Part shown: positions 35,509 to 41,691 of the stretch, piece by piece
How the letters are laid out: every line of letters starts with the position of its first letter
Position numbering within the stretch: position 1 is the first letter of the stretch
Source: Chloroflexota bacterium
GTDB lineage: Bacteria; Chloroflexota; Anaerolineae; Anaerolineales; Villigracilaceae
DNA length: 41,691 nt
Direction of reading: 5' to 3'
Assembly: GCA_016875755.1 (NCBI GenBank)
Contig: VGOX01000001.1
Coordinates: 1 to 41,691 of the forward strand
Made by a program: the position numbers and the translations under genes
The notes under the pieces: model-generated
Database searches by the model: none
Told to the model about the DNA's origin: nothing
What the model saw: only the letters and a program-made list of their open reading frames with translations

Positions 35509-35775
35509 AAAAAAAACCCTTCATCCACATCAGGGACGAAGAGTTCACTCCGCGGTACCACCCAGATTCGTTTGAAATTTCAAACGCTCTTTATCGCTGT
35601 AACGGGCATTCCCGGCGCTGACTACCTGCGGCATGTATCCGCGTTCACCAGTGCAGTCTCTCTTGCGAGAAGTCAGGCGAGTTCGGTCTTGATGCGCTCC
35701 CTTGGGCGCTGATGCTGGGCTTCCACCTCACTCTCCCAACTCGCTGACGGGATGACCTACTACTCCTGCTTTGAC
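35509..35775 (-). ncRNA. T-box riboswitch with a Leu (CUC) specifier
   Basis: Minus strand: AGTA motif, GCGAG, GAA-CTC-G specifier (35679-35681), CCGTTA, T-box TGGGTGGTACCGCG, terminator CTTCGTCC..GGATGAAG plus T-run. Confidence 0.9.
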
Positions 35776-35784
35776 CTTTATTTT

Positions 35785-35803
35785 GGGCGGGATGACCCCG
35801 CCC
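35785..35803. repeat. Short GC-rich REP-like hairpin
   Basis: GGGCGGG-ATGAC-CCCGCCC. Confidence 0.5.
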
Positions 35804-35813
35804 CTAAAAATTA

Positions 35814-35889
35814 TGGTGGACCCAGAGGGATTCGAACCCTCGACCTTCTCAATGCCATTGAGACGCGCTCCCAACTGCGCTATGGGCCC
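35814..35889 (-). tRNA. tRNA-Ala (GGC)
   Basis: GGGCCCA/TGGGTCC acceptor stem with G3:U70; anticodon GGC; CCA encoded. Confidence 0.96.
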
Positions 35890-35910
35890 ATGGTAGTTTC
35901 CGCCTTATTG

Positions 35911-35983
35911 TGGACCTGAGGGGATTCGAACCCCTGACCTCCTCAGTGCGATTGAGGCGCGCTCCCAACTGCGCTACAGGCCC
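35911..35983 (-). tRNA. tRNA-Ala (CGC)
   Basis: GGGCCTG/CAGGTCC acceptor stem with G3:U70; CCTCA-ATCGCAC-TGAGG anticodon arm. Confidence 0.96.
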
Positions 35984-36002
35984 AAATTTATAGGCGAACG
36001 CT

Positions 36003-36031
36003 ATTCTACCTGAGGGAGGGACGGATGTCAA
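36003..36031 (-). promoter_or_regulatory. Sigma70 promoter for the tRNA-Ala pair (and probably T-box/leuS)
   Basis: TTGACA-17 bp-TAGAAT. Confidence 0.8.
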
Positions 36032-36070
36032 TAAAGAACGACGCCCGAAATATTGACTGACTTTTTTCAC

Positions 36071-36099
36071 TTGACCCTTCCCCTTGAACGTCCTACAAT
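36071..36099 (+). promoter_or_regulatory. Sigma70 promoter for glyA-gcvT
   Basis: TTGACC-17 bp-TACAAT. Confidence 0.75.
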
Positions 36100-36157
36100 T
36101 CATTTTGTACGCCTCTTTTTCGACCTCAAACCTGATTCCGTTAAAAGGAGATTTCCC

Positions 36158-39100
36158 ATGCCCGATTATTTATTCCGCGGTAACTTAGCCAAACTCGACC
36201 CCGATGTATATGAACTGACCCAGCTCGAAGCCGAACGCCAGTACCGCAAACTGATCCTCATCCCCAGCGAATCGACTGCCCCAATGGCCGTGCGTGAGAC
36301 CTTGATGTCTGCCTTCCAAAATATTTACGCCGAAGGCTACCCCGATGAAGAAACGCGCTGGATGAGCGAGAACGAGATCCTCGATTACCCAGCCAGCCTT
36401 GCCAACTATCGCCGCAACGGTGACCCGCGCTACTACAAAGGCGTGGAGTATGCCAACGTGGTCGAAGCGCTTGCCCGCCGCCGTGCCGCGCAAGCCTTCG
36501 CTGCCAACGGTTTTACTGCCGATCAAATTTACGTCAATGTGCAGGCGCTTTCGGGCGGACCTGCCAACAACGCCGTGTATCAAGCCTTGCTCAGTATCGG
36601 TGACACGGTGATGGGACTCGACCTACTGCATGGCGGGCATCTCTCGCACGGCTCACCCGTCAACCGCAGCGGCAAATGGTTCAACGCGGTTCATTACTCG
36701 GTGGATGTGAACGAAAAACTTGACTACGATGCCATTCGCAAACTGGCGAACGAAGCCAAACCGAAATTGCTTATCGCGGGCTACTCATCCTATTCATGGG
36801 TTCCCGATTGGAAGAAATTCCGTGAGATCGCTGATGAAGTCGGCGCGTACCTGCTTGCGGATATCTCGCATATTGGCGGCATGGTGGCGGCGGGAGTTGT
36901 GCCTTCGCCAATTGGACATGCGCATGTAGTTATGTCCACCACGCACAAATCGTTGAATGGACCGCGCGGCGCGGTATTGCTGACCACCGATGGCGCCATT
37001 GCCAAGAAAATCGACAAAGCCGTCTTCCCCGGTGAACAGGGTGGACCGCATGTCAACGTCTTCGCTGGTTTGGCGCTGACCTTCAAACTGGCACAGACCA
37101 AGGAATTCAAAAAATTACAGTCGCAGACCGTCAAGAACGCGCAGGCAATGGCAGATCAGTTCGTCAAACGCGGACTGCGCGTACCTTTTGGCGGCACAAA
37201 TTGTCACATGCTGAATGTGGATTGTTCCTCTGTCATCGGTGAAGATGGCACGAAACTCAGCGGTGACCAGGCGGCGCGGATTCTCGATATCGTTGGCATT
37301 GTTGTCAATCGCAACACCATTCCCGGTGACAAAAGCGCAGCCGCTCCTTCGGGCATCCGCCTCGGCACACCATGGCTCACCCAGCGTGGTTTCAACGAGA
37401 AGCAATCGCGCCAACTTGCCGACATCATCGCGGATGTTTTGCTGGCGTGCGCGCCGCATGCGGTGGATACCGTCCGCAAGGGCAAACAGCGCAGGGCGAA
37501 ATTGGATTTTGGCGTGTTGAACGATGCCAAGTTGAAGATCCGTAAACTTTCTGAATCTGTGGGCATTGATTTCAAAGTGGAGAAGAGCGGATACCCGCAC
37601 TTCTATTACATCGACGATAAAAGCAAGAGCGGTGTTTTTGAACTGAGCGGACGGCGCATTCGTCAGGTGTTGGATTATGCGGCGGCGTGCGATATGTCCG
37701 CGTTGAAGAAGGGCAAATCGGCGGTGACGACGATTGCGACTCCCAAGGGTACTGTCAAGTGCGTGCTGACTTGCGTTGACCAGAATACCTATCAACTGGA
37801 AGTGCCTGCCGCGAAGGCGGGCGTGTTTGCCGCCTGGCTGCGTGACCTTTCAGACGGGTACATGTCGTTCAACCTCGATGGCACGAAAGATTTCAGCACC
37901 AAGCGTTTGCCTGGTCCGTTCCTTGTTTCGGATGTGAAGAAGAAAAATGTAAAGCCGAGTGTGTTGGTGGTGCAGAAGCCAAACGTCAGCGTGGAAAAAC
38001 CTTTCTATATCGGTATCAACTCTCCCGCAGGCAATGAAGCGGCGAAGCCTTCCTTTGTATGGAACGAAGTGGAAGGCGAACTCAAAAAGACCGCGCTGAA
38101 TCAAACGCATCGCGATCTGGGCGGACGGATGGTCCCGTTTGCGGGCTGGGAAATGCCCGTGGTGTATACCTCCATTTTTGAAGAGCATCTTGCCACGCGT
38201 CAGGCGGCGGGACTGTTCGACGTTTCGCACATGGGCGCGTATGATGTGCGCGGCGCGGATGCGGCTTCGTTCCTCGATACGGTCTGCGGCAACGACTGCG
38301 GCGGGTTGATGCCCGGTGAAAGTTTGTACACGCATTTCCTCACGCCTGAAGCGGACGTGATCGACGACACGCTGGTGTATCGCCTCGGCTGGAATGATTT
38401 CCTCGTGGTGGTGAACGCCTCGAACGATGACAAGGATCGCACGTGGCTGGAAGCGGTGCGCGACGGCACGGTGCGGATCGACAACGACCGACCGTGGGCG
38501 CGGACCTACGGCTACAACGCGGAGATCCGCAACCTGCGTGACCCGAAATCTGGTTCGGCAATGCGAGTTGACATTGCGCTGCAGGGACCGAAATCCCGCG
38601 ACATTTTGCTGGCGATGGGCGTGGATGATAAGACGCGCGCGCGCATCATGAAGTTGAAGCGGACGGAGTTGTGTGATGCAGTCGTCGGTGGATTCGATCT
38701 CATCGTTTCGCGCACGGGCTACACAGGCGAGAAGATGGCGTTCGAGTTGTTCGTCCACCCCGAGCGCGCCGTGGACTTTTGGCTGGTGGTGATGAAAGCT
38801 GGCGAGCCATTCGGCGTGAAGCCCATTGGCTTGGGTGCGCGTGATTCGTTGAGAACCGAAGCGGGACTTCCGTTGTACGGTCACGAGATGGGGCTGGGTT
38901 CAGGTAAATTTGACGGACGTGATCTCGGCGTTGCCGAAGGCGGATTTGGTTCGTACGTGAAGACCTACAAGCCGTGGTTCATCGGTCGCGATGCCTTCGT
39001 GGCACGTGAGCAGGAACGCAAGGGTGTGGTCATCCGCTTCCGCTTTGACGACCAGCGCGTGCGCATGGCGCATAACGGCGACCCTGTGGTCAACGCGAAC

Positions 39101-39280
39101 GGCGAACGCATCGGCTTTGTGACCTCCTGCGCGATCGACTCGGAGCGCTTCCTGACGGGTCAAGCATTCGTGGACTTGGCATACTCGAAACTGGACACGC
39201 CGATCCTCATCCATCAAGGCGGCGTGATGGATCGTCCCGCTTCGGCGGCGAAGGTGGTGAGCAGGTTCGCGAAGTTGTAA
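36158..39280 (+). CDS. glyA: Serine hydroxymethyltransferase fused to glycine cleavage T-protein (GlyA-GcvT)
   Basis: SHMT motifs LIPSE, YAEGYP, GGHLSHG, STTHKSL.GPRG, FPGEQGGP and GIRLGTP. GcvT motifs MVPFAGWEMP, GLFDVSHMG, SRTGYTGE and GLGARDSLRTEAG. SD AAGGAG before ATG 36158. Confidence 0.93.
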   Translation: MPDYLFRGNLAKLDPDVYELTQLEAERQYRKLILIPSESTAPMAVRETLMSAFQNIYAEGYPDEETRWMSENEILDYPASLANYRRNGDPRYYKGVEYANVVEALARRRAAQAFAANGFTADQIYVNVQALSGGPANNAVYQALLSIGDTVMGLDLLHGGHLSHGSPVNRSGKWFNAVHYSVDVNEKLDYDAIRKLANEAKPKLLIAGYSSYSWVPDWKKFREIADEVGAYLLADISHIGGMVAAGVVPSPIGHAHVVMSTTHKSLNGPRGAVLLTTDGAIAKKIDKAVFPGEQGGPHVNVFAGLALTFKLAQTKEFKKLQSQTVKNAQAMADQFVKRGLRVPFGGTNCHMLNVDCSSVIGEDGTKLSGDQAARILDIVGIVVNRNTIPGDKSAAAPSGIRLGTPWLTQRGFNEKQSRQLADIIADVLLACAPHAVDTVRKGKQRRAKLDFGVLNDAKLKIRKLSESVGIDFKVEKSGYPHFYYIDDKSKSGVFELSGRRIRQVLDYAAACDMSALKKGKSAVTTIATPKGTVKCVLTCVDQNTYQLEVPAAKAGVFAAWLRDLSDGYMSFNLDGTKDFSTKRLPGPFLVSDVKKKNVKPSVLVVQKPNVSVEKPFYIGINSPAGNEAAKPSFVWNEVEGELKKTALNQTHRDLGGRMVPFAGWEMPVVYTSIFEEHLATRQAAGLFDVSHMGAYDVRGADAASFLDTVCGNDCGGLMPGESLYTHFLTPEADVIDDTLVYRLGWNDFLVVVNASNDDKDRTWLEAVRDGTVRIDNDRPWARTYGYNAEIRNLRDPKSGSAMRVDIALQGPKSRDILLAMGVDDKTRARIMKLKRTELCDAVVGGFDLIVSRTGYTGEKMAFELFVHPERAVDFWLVVMKAGEPFGVKPIGLGARDSLRTEAGLPLYGHEMGLGSGKFDGRDLGVAEGGFGSYVKTYKPWFIGRDAFVAREQERKGVVIRFRFDDQRVRMAHNGDPVVNANGERIGFVTSCAIDSERFLTGQAFVDLAYSKLDTPILIHQGGVMDRPASAAKVVSRFAKL

Positions 39281-39286
39281 TCATTC

Positions 39287-39328
39287 AATACGGGTCACGG
39301 CCTATACTTGCAGGTCGTGACCCGTATT
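39287..39328 (+). terminator. Long hairpin after glyA-gcvT
   Basis: AATACGGGTCACGGCCT/AGGTCGTGACCCGTATT. Confidence 0.6.
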
Positions 39329-39344
39329 CGAGAAGGAAAATATC

Positions 39345-39572
39345 ATGCAACAACAGCAGGCAGACGAGCAGGCAAAACGGCAGCAGGAGCGACAGAAACT
39401 GGAGCAGGAACAGGAGGAAAAACGAAAACAGCGCCAGCAAGATCAACTGAAGCTCGAACAGGAACAGAAAGAGAAACAAAAAGTGCGCCAACAGAATCAA
39501 CTGCAGCTCGATCAGGAGCAGGAAGAGAAACGGAAAAAGCGTCAGCAGGAACAGCAGGAGAAGGAAAAATAA
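39345..39572 (+). CDS. Small Q/E/K/R-rich protein with 18-aa repeats
   Basis: GAAGGA upstream; three and a half RQQxxxxLxQEQxEKxKx units; followed by a terminator. Confidence 0.6.
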   Translation: MQQQQADEQAKRQQERQKLEQEQEEKRKQRQQDQLKLEQEQKEKQKVRQQNQLQLDQEQEEKRKKRQQEQQEKEK

Positions 39573-39606
39573 AGGCTGGTTTCGGCGGTGAAGGTGTAGT
39601 TTGGTT

Positions 39607-39645
39607 AATGGGACGGCATTAGGGGTGGGATGCCGTCCCATTTTT
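39607..39645 (+). terminator. Intrinsic terminator
   Basis: AATGGGACGGCAT/ATGCCGTCCCATT plus T-run. Confidence 0.75.
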
Positions 39646-39770
39646 CTTACCTGATCGGTGTGACGGTTGGACTTCTCCCTGATTGGCGTAATAATCAATT
39701 CTGTCCGTTTGCCCCTCTACCCTACGGGCACGCGTCCTAAAGGAGAGGGTATTTTTTGGTTGTTGTTCAC

Positions 39771-39892
39771 CCCCTCCGCCTACGGCACCTCCCCTTGCGA
39801 AGTACCCTGTGGGCAAATCCGACAAGTTATACTTTGAATGAATCGAAAAAAAATCTCTCAATGTCGGATTTGGAGGAGGACGGGCGGAGGCG
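39771..39892. repeat. MITE-like nested inverted-repeat element
   Basis: CAAATCCGACA (39814-39824) / TGTCGGATTTG (39862-39872), with outer CCTCCGCC/GGCGGAGG arms. Confidence 0.6.
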
Positions 39893-39991
39893 GTTTTAGC
39901 TCCTCCCCGCTTGCCCCGAATGGGGGTTGGGAGAGGCGCGGGAGAGGTAAAATAACCAACAAGTTCTCAAATTACCAAATCGGAGTCTCCC

Positions 39992-40771
39992 ATGCTTGAA
40001 TACGTCAACCTGGATCTGGCTATACCGCAGGAGGAATACAAAAAGCGATTAAGACCGTTACAGCAGCGGCTCTATGAATTGGAGCACGCGGTCTTCGACG
40101 CAAAAATTCCAGTCATCATGGTGTTCGAGGGTTGGGCCGCCACAGGCAAGGGACGGTTGGTCAGCCTGCTTGCAGAACGGCTCGACCCGCGCGGCTTTCG
40201 CGTCGTCCCCATCACACCGCCGCGCACCGCCGAAACGCGCTATCCGTGGATGTGGCGCTTTTGGCAAAAGATTCCCGCCCGCGGGCAAATGGTCGCTTTC
40301 GATACATCCTGGTATCGCCGGGTCTTGATCGACCGTTTGAACAAGACGGTCAACAAAGACGATCTGCGTGCCGCCTATCAAGACATTGCCGAATTCGAAG
40401 AGATGCTGAGCGCCGATGGAACGGTCATATTAAAGTTCTGGCTGCACATCAGCGAAGCGGACCAAAAGAAGCGCATCAAGAAATTGAGCAAAGACAAGCT
40501 GACTGCCTGGCAGGTCAGCGAGGAAGACCTGCTGCAAAACAAGCGTTATGAAAAATATACGAACTATGTCGAAGATATGATCGCGCGGACAGATTCGCCT
40601 CACTCCCCCTGGACGATTGTTGAGGCCGCCGATCGGTATTACATGCGCATCAAGGTTTTCGAGACCATCATTGCCTCACTCGAAGCGCGTCTGGGTCTGC
40701 CTGCCTCATCGGGTGCTGGCTCCAAACGGTCTCGCACCAAAAAGGAAATGAAGGGAGCTGTCAATGCTTGA
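39992..40771 (+). CDS. Polyphosphate kinase 2 family protein with degenerate catalytic motifs
   Basis: EGWAATGKG, LDPRGF, FDTSWY, KFWLHIS and PWTIVEA. Confidence 0.88.
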   Translation: MLEYVNLDLAIPQEEYKKRLRPLQQRLYELEHAVFDAKIPVIMVFEGWAATGKGRLVSLLAERLDPRGFRVVPITPPRTAETRYPWMWRFWQKIPARGQMVAFDTSWYRRVLIDRLNKTVNKDDLRAAYQDIAEFEEMLSADGTVILKFWLHISEADQKKRIKKLSKDKLTAWQVSEEDLLQNKRYEKYTNYVEDMIARTDSPHSPWTIVEAADRYYMRIKVFETIIASLEARLGLPASSGAGSKRSRTKKEMKGAVNA

Positions 40772-41471
40772 TCGACTTGATCTTACACAGGCGATCGATC
40801 GCGAGGAGTACAACAAACAGCTCAAGGTGTTGCAGGCTGAGTTGCACGAACTGGCGTTCCAGGTCTATGCACAGAAGCGCCCCGTGGTGATCGTCTATGA
40901 AGGCATGGATGCCTCAGGCAAGGGCGGCACCATCAAACGCCTGACCGAGCGCATCGACCCGCGCGGATACGTGGTTCTGCCCATTGCGGCGCCTTCGGGC
41001 GAAGATAAGGAGCGGCATTACCTGTATCGCTTCTGGCGGCGGCTGCCCGAACAGGGACAGATCGCCATCTTCGACCGTTCGTGGTATGGGCGCGTTTTGG
41101 TGGAGCGCCTTGAAGGCTATTGCACCGAAGCAGATTGGCGCCGCGCCTATGGCGAGATCAATCAATTTGAGCGTCAACTCACCGACTACGGCACGATCGT
41201 CTTCAAATTCTGGATGCACATCAGCAAGCAGGAACAGCTGCGCCGCTTCCGTGAACGCACACGCACCAATTACAAAGCCTGGAAGATCACAGATGAAGAT
41301 TGGCGTAATCGCGGCAAATGGGAAGATTACATCATCGCCGCCGAAGAGATGCTATTGAAGACAAGCACCCCCGATTCGCCCTGGACGCTGGTGGAAGCCA
41401 ACGACAAATACTTTGCGCGCATCAAGTCGCTGCGCACGGTTGCCGAGAAATTGCGGCGGGCATTAAAGTGA
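40764..41471 (+). CDS. ppk2: Polyphosphate kinase 2 family protein with intact motifs (PAP C-domain-like)
   Basis: EGMDASGKGGTIKR, IFDRSWYGRVLVER, WKITDEDWRNR and VEANDKYFAR. Confidence 0.92.
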   Translation: MLDRLDLTQAIDREEYNKQLKVLQAELHELAFQVYAQKRPVVIVYEGMDASGKGGTIKRLTERIDPRGYVVLPIAAPSGEDKERHYLYRFWRRLPEQGQIAIFDRSWYGRVLVERLEGYCTEADWRRAYGEINQFERQLTDYGTIVFKFWMHISKQEQLRRFRERTRTNYKAWKITDEDWRNRGKWEDYIIAAEEMLLKTSTPDSPWTLVEANDKYFARIKSLRTVAEKLRRALK

Positions 41472-41563
41472 AACAGTAGCATTAACAGAATAAACCACCA
41501 CCCTGAGTGCGTATTCTATTGAATACTGTTCCCCTGTGTGATGCCACTTATTCTTAAACAAAC

Positions 41564-41691
41564 ATGAGTCCTCTGCAAGAAGCCGTTCATTAATAGCCAA
41601 AACTTGGGCTGAAAACCAGCCGGGAGCGTAGCCAGCGCGCCGAAAAAACGAAAAAAGAAACCACGGCGGCGGGTGCTGCGTCGTTTTGCAG
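41564..41691 (-). mobile_element. 3' end of an insertion sequence (terminal inverted repeat and probable transposase C-terminus)
   Basis: IR ATGAGTCCTCTGCAAGAAG matches the left IR at 16/19. A minus-strand frame entering from the edge (..LQNDAAPAAVVSFFVFSARWLRSRLVFSPSFGY*) stops just inside the IR. Confidence 0.62.

Noticed and set aside
28698-35983. tRNA-anchored genomic island between tRNA-Glu and tRNA-Ala
   Set aside because: There is no integrase and no duplicated tRNA 3' end, and the interval contains the core gene leuS.
36053-36157. N-terminal extension of GlyA-GcvT, or a glycine riboswitch in its leader
   Set aside because: The region holds the promoter and the SD for ATG 36158. The leader is about 50 nt and lacks glycine-aptamer motifs.
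1695-38884. Many long antisense or alternate-frame ORFs (for example 4453-5250, 16298-17026, 24427-25503, 37850-38884)
   Set aside because: They are shadows of well-supported genes, with no motifs or start signals; this is expected from codon bias at this GC content.
39285-39698. Minus-strand Leu/Phe-rich ORF resembling a membrane protein
   Set aside because: It is the mirror of the CAG/GAA/AAA-rich plus-strand repeat ORF, which has the SD and the terminator.
41488-41506. GAATAAACCACCACCCTGA resembling one arm of an IS200/IS605 end hairpin
   Set aside because: Only half a palindrome is present and there is no tnpA/tnpB; too little to call.

Overview
This is a 41.7 kb chromosomal segment of mostly housekeeping genes. 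Gene content and repeat style suggest Chloroflexota (Anaerolineae-like), which is an inference and was not tested. The left edge carries the 5' end of an IS-like element and the right edge the 3' end of a similarly oriented copy, with matching imperfect terminal inverted repeats. From left to right the window holds: an ABC-F ATPase; ruvA-DUF402-proC; a membrane fatty-acid desaturase; a zinc-ribbon membrane protein; HDAC-family, NYN, OsmC and YkvA genes; a PQQ-type sugar dehydrogenase; and tungstate transporter tupABC with an ArsR-HTH/PBP regulator. Next come a SAM-I riboswitch heading ydeI-like/GNAT/metH, GT-C-like membrane genes around a Hcy-methyltransferase/MTHFR fusion, coaX, an EamA transporter and tRNA-Glu. 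The right part has lutA separated from a lutB-lutC fusion by a methyltransferase and a phosphatase, leuS under a Leu(CUC) T-box downstream of two tRNA-Ala genes, a GlyA-GcvT fusion, a Q/E/K repeat protein and two tandem PPK2 genes. I saw no CRISPR array, prophage or recognisable defence system. The best leads are the GlyA-GcvT fusion, in-frame heptamer repeat tracts inside proteins, a putative operator for the tungstate regulator, a small ORF between the T-box and leuS, the split PPK2 pair, apparently widespread leaderless genes and a candidate sRNA. All calls come from reading motifs by eye; no database searches were run.
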